64,000 bases of DNA, taken from contig NZ_JBNARB010000002.1 of assembly GCF_049723235.1 (NCBI RefSeq), forward strand, positions 115,535-179,534. The letters are read 5' to 3'. The notes beneath the pieces are model-generated. The model was not told where the DNA came from, did no database searches, and worked only from the letters and a program-made list of their open reading frames with translations. This document shows positions 18,771 to 26,727 of this stretch, piece by piece (positions within the stretch are counted from its first letter, which is position 1; every line of letters begins with the position of its first letter). Position numbers and translations under genes: made by a program. Source of the stretch: Thermovenabulum sp. Lineage in GTDB: Bacteria > Bacillota > Thermosediminibacteria > Thermosediminibacterales > Thermosediminibacteraceae.

Positions 18771-19276
18771 TTTACCACCATCCCTATTATTAATGCTACG
18801 ATAAAGGAAAATATATAACTTAACGCATTCCTCAAAAATGCTATCCTCTTCCCAAAATAGCTTATCTCAAGGGGCAATGTAACAAACCCCACCATCATTA
18901 ATGTAGATATAAACACCGCTATCTGCATAACCCCGGCTCCCTTTTGGAGAAGGGAAGCGGCGAGGGGAAAGGCCACAAATCCGGGTATCAAGGTTATGGA
19001 GCCAATAATTGATGTTAAAAACATTCCTAAAAAACCCGTATTGGCACCAATTATCTTTGAAATGATATCCGGAGTAAGTACAGTCAAAACAAGCCCAATT
19101 AATGCAAGTACCCCCGCAAAAGCCGGCAAGATGTTTTCAAAGGATTTCCATGCTTTTTTGAGAGCCATTTTCGTTTTTTTCCTGTCTTTAAAAAAGGAAA
19201 CAATCAAAAATATTACAGCAAGGATGTACATAACTACCGTAAACAATATTTCACCTTCCTTCACCAAAATTTTCAT
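18767..19276 (-). CDS. half-size permease subunit (first of a pair)
   Basis: 169 aa, multi-TM, paralogous to 18237..18770. It overlaps the 3' end of padR. Confidence 0.6.
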   Translation of the reverse strand: MKILVKEGEILFTVVMYILAVIFLIVSFFKDRKKTKMALKKAWKSFENILPAFAGVLALIGLVLTVLTPDIISKIIGANTGFLGMFLTSIIGSITLIPGFVAFPLAASLLQKGAGVMQIAVFISTLMMVGFVTLPLEISYFGKRIAFLRNALSYIFSFIVALIIGMVVK

Positions 19277-19631
19277 TAAACCTTTTCAAAAAATATTCCA
19301 TCCGTTTAATCTGCCTTTTAACGTGTTCAGCCCAGGTAAAAAGGACTTCCTCGCCCTCACCGGTAAGTTTGTAAAGTCTTTTGGCAGGACCCTTGCCTTC
19401 TGTATCCCACTCGGAGATAATAAGCCCTTCATCTTCCATTTTTCTTAAATTACGGTAAACCGCCCCCGGATCAATGCATTCGTTAAATCCAAAATCCGAA
19501 AGCCTTTCCATCAATTCGTAACCGTGAGAAGGTCTTTCCTTTAATAACAGCAAAAGGCAGGGCATCATAAATCTTTCTAACTTAAAGCCGGGACATCCTC
19601 TCTTTTCATGGTGTCTTTCTTCATCGCACAT
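19251..19631 (-). CDS. PadR-family transcriptional regulator with Cys/His-rich N-terminus
   Basis: PCLLLLLKERPSHGYEL......YRNLRKMEDEGLI is a PadR winged helix. AGGGGTGA RBS precedes ATG 19631 (MCDEERHHEKRGCPG...); the track ORF starts at 19658. Confidence 0.8.
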   Translation of the reverse strand: MCDEERHHEKRGCPGFKLERFMMPCLLLLLKERPSHGYELMERLSDFGFNECIDPGAVYRNLRKMEDEGLIISEWDTEGKGPAKRLYKLTGEGEEVLFTWAEHVKRQIKRMEYFLKRFNENFGEGR

Positions 19632-19655
19632 AATTTCACCCCTATTATGTTTTTT

Positions 19656-19682
19656 CATATATATGTTTATAACATATATATG
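19656..19682. promoter_or_regulatory. perfect 12-3-12 palindrome, candidate PadR operator
   Basis: CATATATATGTT-tat-AACATATATATG. It contains ATGT/ACAT half sites, lies ~25 nt upstream of the likely padR start, and is just downstream of a minus-strand TATAAT (19695-19690). Confidence 0.5.
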
Positions 19683-19726
19683 TTTAATATTAATTATACT
19701 TTATAAATATAAATTTTCAAGAAGAA

Positions 19727-19770
19727 TAAAAAAAACCGCTCTCAGGTTTTATATCCTAAAAGCGGTTTTT
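19727..19770. terminator. terminator downstream of gap (bidirectional A/T flanks)
   Basis: AAACCGCT...(20-nt loop)...AGCGGTTT, flanked by A8 and T5. Confidence 0.55.
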
Positions 19771-19778
19771 ATCATTTA

Positions 19779-20819
19779 TTATACCATCACCTCATTATTT
19801 TTACTTTCAACGATTAATTTTCCCACTAACTGCGCAAGTTCCAGAGCCCTCATGGTATAGCCGTATTCGTTATCGTACCAGGCGACCACCTTAACAAGTT
19901 TATTGTCTATCACCATTGTAGAAAGCCCATCTACGATAGAAGAATGCGGATTTTTGATAAAATCGGTGGAAACAAGGGGCTCCTCTATATAATCCAGAAT
20001 CCCTTTTAGTTTTCCTTCCGCTGCTTTTTTAAGGGCTTTATTTACTTCTTCCTTTGCAGTTGGAATTTCCACACTCGCGGTAAAATCTATTATAGAAACC
20101 GCTGAAGTAGGCACCCTGTATGCACAACCGTTTAGCCTTCCTTTTAAGCGGGGAATTACAAGACCTATAGCCTTTGCCGCACCGGTGGTGGTGGGAATGA
20201 TCGACATGGCAGCAGCCCGGGCTCTCCTTAAATCCTTATGAGGTTTATCCACCAGGTTCTGATCAGCGGTATAGGAGTGAACTGTAACCATGGAGCCGTT
20301 GATGATATTAAAATTTTCATCAAGGACCTTTACAATGGGTGCTAAACAATTGGTGGTGCAGGAAGCATTGGAAATGATGTAATCCTTTTCAGGGTCAAAA
20401 TCCTTTTCATTCACCCCCATTACTATCGTCCTGTCCGCATCATCCGCCGGAGCAGTGATAATCACCCTTTTTGCACCGGCTTTCAAATGTTTTTCTGCAT
20501 CACCCCTGTTTTTTATCTTGCCGGTGGATTCAAGGACCACATCCACATCAAGCTCCTTCCAGGGCAATTTCTCCGGGTCTTTTTCTGCAAAAAAAGGAAT
20601 TTCCCTGCCATCTATAATCAGCCTGTCATCAGAGGCATCCACCGTTCCCGGGTAGATTCCATATATGGAATCGTATTTAAAAAGATGGGCATGAGGCCTC
20701 GGCCCGCTGGTGCTGTTTATTGCCACAATTTCCACATCCTTTGCTTTCCCTTCCAGCCAGATTCTTAAAGCGTTTTTCCCAATCCTTCCGAAACCATTTA
20801 TAGCGACCTTTATCTTCAT
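19779..20819 (-). CDS. gap: glyceraldehyde-3-phosphate dehydrogenase family protein (stand-alone paralog)
   Basis: 346 aa. INGFGRIGK, SNASCTTNCLAP (catalytic Cys), WYDNEYGY. It has a ~15-aa C-terminal extension and is not next to pgk/tpi. Confidence 0.85.
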   Translation of the reverse strand: MKIKVAINGFGRIGKNALRIWLEGKAKDVEIVAINSTSGPRPHAHLFKYDSIYGIYPGTVDASDDRLIIDGREIPFFAEKDPEKLPWKELDVDVVLESTGKIKNRGDAEKHLKAGAKRVIITAPADDADRTIVMGVNEKDFDPEKDYIISNASCTTNCLAPIVKVLDENFNIINGSMVTVHSYTADQNLVDKPHKDLRRARAAAMSIIPTTTGAAKAIGLVIPRLKGRLNGCAYRVPTSAVSIIDFTASVEIPTAKEEVNKALKKAAEGKLKGILDYIEEPLVSTDFIKNPHSSIVDGLSTMVIDNKLVKVVAWYDNEYGYTMRALELAQLVGKLIVESKNNEVMV

Positions 20820-20975
20820 TAAAAGTAACCTCCTTGTGTATAATGTATTCTTACAAACGAAAATATTATATCATATTATTATCTATTGTGCTATATTATA
20901 TTTTATTTGTTATTCTATTGTGTTATGATATATATGAATTTTTCTATTTTTTGATATAATGTTTTGCAAAAATTC

Positions 20976-21000
20976 AAAATAAAAAACCCGCTAAAGCGGG
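20976..21000 (-). terminator. terminator of the HEPN/MNT operon
   Basis: CCCGC-ttta-GCGGG followed by UUUUUUAUUUU on the minus strand. Confidence 0.6.
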
Positions 21001-21004
21001 CTTC

Positions 21005-21400
21005 TTAATCTTTTTCTTCAATTATTGAATTTATTAATTCCATAATCCTCTCAGCTATTTTTATGCTTTCTATTACATCCTCTTCATCGACTATAAGAGG
21101 ATCCTCTGCCGGATACCTGGTTTCAATATAAAATTGATTTAAAAAAGCACAGTCCTTGATAATATTTTTAAATCTATTATCGAATTGATACGCTTTTTTA
21201 CAAAGTTTTGTTAAACTATGTCCGTCATGAAGCATGCCAGTTTTATATATTAAATAACCCTTTAAATATTTTTCCACCGCCTGCTGACAGTGAAAGCATA
21301 TAATCCCTTTATCTCCTTCATATTCGTATAAAATTTTTGCCGCGTCGAAATCCTTTTTTGCCCTATCAAACCATTCTTTATACCTCGCCGTGTCAATCAA
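21005..21400 (-). CDS. HEPN-domain protein (toxin of a HEPN/MNT module)
   Basis: 131 aa, helical, with GHSLTKL and ETRYPAEDP blocks typical of MNT-associated HEPN proteins. 8-nt overlap with the upstream MNT gene. Confidence 0.75.
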   Translation of the reverse strand: MIDTARYKEWFDRAKKDFDAAKILYEYEGDKGIICFHCQQAVEKYLKGYLIYKTGMLHDGHSLTKLCKKAYQFDNRFKNIIKDCAFLNQFYIETRYPAEDPLIVDEEDVIESIKIAERIMELINSIIEEKD

Positions 21401-21704
21401 GTAAACTCACTCCAGTCCTTTTTATTAGACCAGCAAAAGTAGAAGGGTCCTCACTGTATTTTTTCCACTCTTCCAAGGTATAAACAACTACATCCAAATC
21501 ACTTTCACATTCCACTTCAAGAATTATCCTTCTTGCCATTTCTCTTTTTTCTTCCTTTTTTATATCCATTATTACGCATATATCTATATCGCTTCTTTTG
21601 GTTATCAATCCTTTAGCGTACGAACCAAAAAGAAATATATCTACCGGTTTAAATTTCTCCATTATTTGCTTTTTTATTTTATCTATTTCTTCGGTATAAA
21701 TCAT
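21393..21704 (-). CDS. minimal nucleotidyltransferase (MNT antitoxin)
   Basis: 103 aa. FLFGSYAKG...SDIDICV (GS-x10-DxD nucleotidyltransferase motif). Confidence 0.8.
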   Translation of the reverse strand: MIYTEEIDKIKKQIMEKFKPVDIFLFGSYAKGLITKRSDIDICVIMDIKKEEKREMARRIILEVECESDLDVVVYTLEEWKKYSEDPSTFAGLIKRTGVSLLD

Positions 21705-21746
21705 ATTGTACCACTTCTTTAAAATTTTATTTTAGAATAGAAAAGC

Positions 21747-22107
21747 TCAAGGATATACCCATTTTACCTCTTCCTCTACAATTTTATAAAATTTTGCATT
21801 GCTGTTTTTCATTTTTTCAATCTCGTCCTCGGTATATATTAGCAAATCAACCGGAACAGGTATTTTGCTTAAATCCCACTTTTCTGAACGCTTATCAAAA
21901 GGAATTTCGGTATTTTTCATTACTATAATAACATCCACGTCGCTTCCTACTCCCCAATCGCCTCGAGAGTAAGAACCAAAATATCCTACTTTTTTTTATA
22001 TCTCGCTGGCTTTTTGCAATTTCTTCTACCCATTCCTTTAATGAATTTACCACACTTTTTTCATCGGGCCATTTGAGCACGGACGAATTCAAGGATCTCA
22101 CCGGCAT
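21747..22107 (-). pseudogene. second MNT gene disrupted by a +1 frameshift in an A8 run
   Basis: Track ORFs 21895..22107 and 21747..21938 join into ...IKKVGYFGSYSRGDWGVGSDVDVIIVMKNTE... if one A is removed from the homopolymer at 21990-21997. Confidence 0.7.
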
Positions 22108-22210
22108 ATTTTACAGCCTCCTCACTTTGCAAAAAACTATAATGTTCAAAAGGCGCACCTTCCGGATTACTATCAGGATACCTCGCCGGTATAATTTTAC
22201 CATTTTTAAG
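22061..22210 (-). pseudogene. C-terminal remnant (49 codons) of a second HEPN gene
   Basis: My translation is LKNGKIIPARYPDSNPEGAPFEHYSFLQSEEAVKYAGEILEFVRAQMAR*. The RYP...EEA...A.EI pattern parallels the intact HEPN C-terminus. There is no start codon and an upstream in-frame stop. Confidence 0.55.
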
Positions 22211-22290
22211 TTAAATGGGTCAATGCACAGGATTATACTTTAAATTATAATAATTTTGGGTATAATTATACCTTGCAAAAATTGGATATC

Positions 22291-22318
22291 TGCTTTAAAG
22301 GGAAAAAGTGGGAGGTGT
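22291..22318 (+). repeat. 28-nt exact copy of the 3' coding end of the AAA-ATPase/PDDEXK gene 48872..50521
   Basis: TGCTTTAAAGGGAAAAAGTGGGAGGTGT is identical to 50482-50509 (compared base by base). Confidence 0.8.
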
Positions 22319-22323
22319 GATTC

Positions 22324-22956
22324 TTATCCAATAATACCACAAACTTTATCATAAATTTTTTCAGACAGTCTAATTCCTTCTTTCAGCAGTAGATCTCCTT
22401 TTTCATTATATTTTCTTACAAAGTCCGGATCTTCTATGGAACAGATATTTATCCTAACGTTTAGCCAAGCGCCTAAAATTGCAGCCTTCAAGCACAGGAT
22501 CCCAACTCCTATATCACTTGCCGCATTTTTATTGAAATTATCCACTATCCTTTCATAAAGTCTTATCAAATCAACGCAGGCTTCGATTACCGAAAAAGGA
22601 ACTTCGGCAGCAATTTTTAGCGCTTCCTGAATCGCTTTTTTCCTTTCAAGTTTTTGTTCTTCTTTTTCCTTTGGCATCTTATATGCTTCTGATACTTTGT
22701 TAAACGCTTCTGTATCTTCATCCACCTTTTCTTCCAGAATATGAAGTAACCTTTTTGATTCATTTATAATTTCTTTCAATACAATTTCTTTTTCTTTAAA
22801 ATTTTCTTTTCCTACGGTCAATTCAGCCACCATTGACAAAAGCGCCGCCCCGGCAGCGCCAAAAAGTGCAGAGACCGAGCCGCCGCCGGGTGCAGGTGCC
22901 TTTGATGCTAAAAGTTCAAGGAATTCGTTTATTTTCATCTCTGATAATCTCATCAT
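22324..22956 (-). CDS. formimidoyltetrahydrofolate cyclodeaminase / methenyl-THF cyclohydrolase family protein
   Basis: 210 aa. LASKAPAPGGGSVSALFGAAGAAL is the hallmark N-terminal block of the cyclodeaminase (FtcD C-domain) family. Confidence 0.8.
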   Translation of the reverse strand: MMRLSEMKINEFLELLASKAPAPGGGSVSALFGAAGAALLSMVAELTVGKENFKEKEIVLKEIINESKRLLHILEEKVDEDTEAFNKVSEAYKMPKEKEEQKLERKKAIQEALKIAAEVPFSVIEACVDLIRLYERIVDNFNKNAASDIGVGILCLKAAILGAWLNVRINICSIEDPDFVRKYNEKGDLLLKEGIRLSEKIYDKVCGIIG

Positions 22957-22991
22957 GTTTTTCCCTCACATCAAAATTTTTCTATGGCTTT

Positions 22992-23891
22992 TTATACTTC
23001 ATCTAAATTCAATTCCAATACCTGTTTTCTATTGAAATTCTCAAGCCGCAAGTAAAAATCAGCCACATCCAACAAAGCATCTACTGGTACCAATCCCACT
23101 ATCTCGCTGCCAACAACATTTACTCCGTACCTTGCCGCCTCAGACTTTACTGTTTCGAAAACCCTATAAAGCGGCGTTCCAGTGTAATTTGTCATGTTTA
23201 TAGAGACTTGGGCTTGGTTTCTCTCTTCAATCATTACACCCATAGCTCTAACATACTTATATCCGCCCTTAGCTTCTCTTATCGCATTGGCTATTTTTTT
23301 TGCAATAGTAACATCATTAGTATCTAAGTTTATATTATAAGCTATAAGGAACTGCCTTGCACCGACCACAGTTGCACCAGCTGTCGGATGCATCCTGGCC
23401 GGACCGTAGTCAGGTCTCCTTTCAGGTTTTGTTATCTCATCTTTTAACCCTTCGTATTCTCCCTTTCTTATGTTAGGCAAGCTTCTCCTCTCCGGGGTTC
23501 TTGCCGCCTCTTCATATAGATACACTGGTATTTCCAATTTTTCTGCTATCTCCTGCCCAAGCTCGTTAGCAAGATGAACACATTCTTCCATAGTTACTCC
23601 GCTCACCGGAATAAAGGGAATTACATCTGTAGCGCCTATACGCGGATGTTCCCCCTTGTGTTTTTCCATATCAATTAATTCAGCAGCTTTTGCAGTGAGG
23701 TTGAAGGCAGCTTTTTTTACTGCCTGAGGTTCTCCAACAAAGGTTATTACCGTCCTGTTATGGCTTTCATCGGACTTTACGTCAAGCAGTTTTACCCCCT
23801 CAACCTTTCTTACTTCATCTACAATGGCTTCAATTACTTCTTTTCTTCTGCCCTCACTGATGTTTGGAACACATTCGACAATTTTTTTCAT
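22992..23891 (-). CDS. glutamate (or glycine) formimidoyltransferase
   Basis: 299 aa. It starts KIVECVPNISEGRR and contains HPRIGATDV; both are typical of the FtcD N-domain family. Confidence 0.8.
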   Translation of the reverse strand: MKKIVECVPNISEGRRKEVIEAIVDEVRKVEGVKLLDVKSDESHNRTVITFVGEPQAVKKAAFNLTAKAAELIDMEKHKGEHPRIGATDVIPFIPVSGVTMEECVHLANELGQEIAEKLEIPVYLYEEAARTPERRSLPNIRKGEYEGLKDEITKPERRPDYGPARMHPTAGATVVGARQFLIAYNINLDTNDVTIAKKIANAIREAKGGYKYVRAMGVMIEERNQAQVSINMTNYTGTPLYRVFETVKSEAARYGVNVVGSEIVGLVPVDALLDVADFYLRLENFNRKQVLELNLDEV

Positions 23892-23926
23892 GTCTTAGTC
23901 CTCCTGTCAATTAAAATGTTTTACTT

Positions 23927-25156
23927 TCATTTTACTAAGTAATTTATAAACCACACTATGTTGGGAATACCAACAAGGTCAATAAGAGCTGCACCGCAAA
24001 GGGGCACAATTAAGAAAGCCTTTTTAGATACAACACCATATCTTTCGCAAACCGCATTCATATTTGCTAATGCATTTGGCGTAGCTCCTAAACCGTGACC
24101 TACTAAACCTGAACACATTACTGCTGCATCGTAATTTCTGCCAAGCAAGGGAAAAAGCAAAAATGCTGCATAAAGCAAGATGAATATAGTCTGAACCACA
24201 AGGATTATTACTAGAGGTAGTGCTAATGAAGCAAGCTCCCAGATTTTTAAAGACATCATGGCCATTGAAAGGAAGATCCCCAAGGAAAAGTCAGAAATAA
24301 CATCAACCGTATTCCATTTAATATTTACTAATTTCAAAACATCGTTTATATTCCTGAATATCACCGCAATGAACATTGCGCCAATATAGCCTGGAAGTAC
24401 AAAATTGGTAATGTTTTTAATATATCCTGCTATCAACTCTCCCAGCACCATAATAACCAATATGAGGCCCGACATGTTAATTAGGCTGTTGCTTGTGACG
24501 GGTTCGGATTCACCTTTGTCAATTTCGTAAGAAATTCCTTCTTCCTCGTCAGTTTTGATTTCAAGATTAAAGCGCTCTATAAGCCACTTTGCGAGAGGTC
24601 CACCCAAGAGTCCTCCTGCTATTAATCCATAAGTCGCTGAGGCAATAGCAACGACAAATGCTCCATTAACACCCATATTTTCTACAGTAGGGCCAAAAGC
24701 CGATGCCGCTCCGTGACCTCCTTCCAGCGAAACAGCCCCAGCCATTACGCCTAAGACAGGATGTATCCCAGTAAATTTGGCCACTGTAGATCCTATCAAG
24801 TTTTGCGAAATTGCCAGTATCCAACATCCAACCAGATACACTATAAGGGTTTTGCCGCCCTTTTTGACAAGTCCCAAGCTTCCCGCAAGTCCTACCGTAG
24901 TAAAAAATGCTATCATCAACGGTGACTGGAGAGTGGTATCAAAGCTAAAACCCAAAATCCCAGAAGATCTTAAAAGCCATGCCAAAAGGGCAAAGCTAAA
25001 TCCACCAATTACTGGTGCAGGTATACAAAATTTGACAAAAAAGGGGACTCTTTTCCTTATTAAATTTCCGAATAAATATAAAACAACTGCCAAAGCAGTA
25101 GTCCCTACAAGCGAAAGTTTCAATGTCAATAAACCCTTTATCACTTCAAACGACAT
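23927..25156 (-). CDS. gltS: sodium/glutamate symporter family (GltS/ESS) transporter
   Basis: ~409 aa, ~10-12 TM segments, GltS-like N-terminus and length. GGAAGG RBS lies 9 nt before ATG 25156; the track starts at 25165. Confidence 0.7.
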   Translation of the reverse strand: MSFEVIKGLLTLKLSLVGTTALAVVLYLFGNLIRKRVPFFVKFCIPAPVIGGFSFALLAWLLRSSGILGFSFDTTLQSPLMIAFFTTVGLAGSLGLVKKGGKTLIVYLVGCWILAISQNLIGSTVAKFTGIHPVLGVMAGAVSLEGGHGAASAFGPTVENMGVNGAFVVAIASATYGLIAGGLLGGPLAKWLIERFNLEIKTDEEEGISYEIDKGESEPVTSNSLINMSGLILVIMVLGELIAGYIKNITNFVLPGYIGAMFIAVIFRNINDVLKLVNIKWNTVDVISDFSLGIFLSMAMMSLKIWELASLALPLVIILVVQTIFILLYAAFLLFPLLGRNYDAAVMCSGLVGHGLGATPNALANMNAVCERYGVVSKKAFLIVPLCGAALIDLVGIPNIVWFINYLVK

Positions 25157-25260
25157 ATTCACCATCCTTCCATAATATTATTGACTTTAAATTTCAAAAA
25201 ACTTTTAAAGTTTTTGGCATCACCTCCTGTTTACTAACCAATAACTTATCCAACTAAATA

Positions 25261-25276
25261 CGCAATTCCCATACCA
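25261..25276 (-). promoter_or_regulatory. sigma54 (-24/-12) promoter of the gltS operon
   Basis: The minus strand reads TGGTATG-GGAA-TTGCG. This has the exact GG-N10-GC spacing of the TGGCACG-N4-TTGCW consensus and lies ~95 nt upstream of gltS. Confidence 0.75.
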
Positions 25277-25278
25277 AA

Positions 25279-25309
25279 TTAAAAAACCTCCAAATAAACG
25301 TCTTGGAGG
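25279..25309 (-). terminator. terminator of the kinase/regulator operon 1
   Basis: CCTCCAA-(9 nt)-TTGGAGG followed by UUUUUUAAUUU on the minus strand. It directly abuts the -24 element. Confidence 0.65.
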
Positions 25310-25337
25310 CTCACAATAAACGGATATTTTTGCCGCA

Positions 25338-25354
25338 CCTGCAAAATTTGCAGG
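25338..25354. promoter_or_regulatory. perfect palindrome, candidate enhancer (UAS) for the NtrC-type regulator
   Basis: CCTGCAAA-A-TTTGCAGG. Its centre is ~70 bp upstream of the -24 GG and it lies 3 nt after the regulator stop codon. Confidence 0.4.
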
Positions 25355-25356
25355 AT

Positions 25357-26727
25357 TTAGTTTTTTTCTTCCTCCTCATATTCCTTCAATTTGTATCGTA
25401 GGTTTCGCTCACTTATTTTCAGCATTTTTGCTGTTTCCTTTCTACTCCCTTTGCAATACTTTAATGTATAAAGTATTACCTTTTTTTCTACACTCTGCAG
25501 ATCTTCTCCAACAAAAACCGGAATTAGATTTTTAAACTCATCAGAAAATTTTTGGGATAAAAGTACAACTTCCGTAGGAAGGTCTTCAACTCCAAGGATT
25601 TTTTTATCTGAGAGTGCAACCGCCCTTTCTAATATGTTTTGGAGTTCCCTTACATTCCCTTTATAATCGTATTTACAAAGTATTTCTAAAGCTTTATCAT
25701 CAATACCTTCTACGTTTTTACCCATTTCCTTGCTATATTTTTTTATAAAATAACCAGCTAACTGCGGAATATCTTCGCGCCTCTCCCTTAATGGCGGAAT
25801 GTGAATGTTTATCACATTTAGTCTAAAAAATAGATCTTCCCTAAACCTTCCTTCTTTTACTTCTTTTTTTATGTCTTTATTTGTTGCAGAAATTATCCTC
25901 ACATTTACCTTTTTCCTCTTTTCTGAACCCACAGGCATTATTTCTTTTTCCTGGACAACACGAAGCAGTTTTGCCTGTAAACTTATATCCATCTCTGTAA
26001 TCTCATCTAAAAATATTGTGCCTCCATCCGCTATTTCAAAAATCCCTTTCTTTCTGTGTTCTGCTCCAGTAAATGCTCCTTTTTCATACCCAAAAAGCTC
26101 CGCTTCCAGCAGATTTTGCGGTATGGCTGCACAATTCACAGCTTCAAAAGGTTTGTCCTTTCGCCTCCCGCAAAAATGAATGGCTCTCGCAACAAGTTCC
26201 TTACCCGTTCCGCTTTCGCCGGTTACCATTACATTAGAATCTATTTCTTTTACCTTTTCTATAAGCTCAAATACCTTCTGCATAGCTTTTGAAGAACCAA
26301 CCATACCTGATAATTGGTACTCATAAATTAATTTTTCATTTAAATATTCTACCCTCGATTTTAAATTAATGTATTCTAAGGCTTTATTTAATAAAGTTTT
26401 AAGCTGAATTAAATCTATCGGCTTTGTGATGTAGTAATATGCTCCATTTTTCATAGCTTCCACCGAAGATTCTATGCTTCCGTATGCCGTCATTATAATT
26501 ATTGCACTTTTGGGACTTATCATCTTCAATTTTTTTAGTGTCTCTAATCCGTCATTTTTCCCAAGCCTCAAATCAAGGAGAATAATACCAAAATCCTCAA
26601 CTTCAGCAAGGGAAAGTGCTTGTTCTTCACTATTTGTCGTATATATGAGAAAATCATCCTCCAAAGCAAATTCCAGTGAAGAACAGATAGCATCATCGTC
26701 ATCGACAATTAAAAGTTTTTGCTTCAT
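25357..26727 (-). CDS. sigma54-dependent response regulator (REC-AAA+-HTH, NtrC family)
   Basis: 456 aa. REC domain (LLIVDDDD...DLRL), GESGTGKE Walker A, GAFTGA sigma54-contact motif, C-terminal Fis-type HTH. Confidence 0.9.
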   Translation of the reverse strand: MKQKLLIVDDDDAICSSLEFALEDDFLIYTTNSEEQALSLAEVEDFGIILLDLRLGKNDGLETLKKLKMISPKSAIIIMTAYGSIESSVEAMKNGAYYYITKPIDLIQLKTLLNKALEYINLKSRVEYLNEKLIYEYQLSGMVGSSKAMQKVFELIEKVKEIDSNVMVTGESGTGKELVARAIHFCGRRKDKPFEAVNCAAIPQNLLEAELFGYEKGAFTGAEHRKKGIFEIADGGTIFLDEITEMDISLQAKLLRVVQEKEIMPVGSEKRKKVNVRIISATNKDIKKEVKEGRFREDLFFRLNVINIHIPPLRERREDIPQLAGYFIKKYSKEMGKNVEGIDDKALEILCKYDYKGNVRELQNILERAVALSDKKILGVEDLPTEVVLLSQKFSDEFKNLIPVFVGEDLQSVEKKVILYTLKYCKGSRKETAKMLKISERNLRYKLKEYEEEEKN

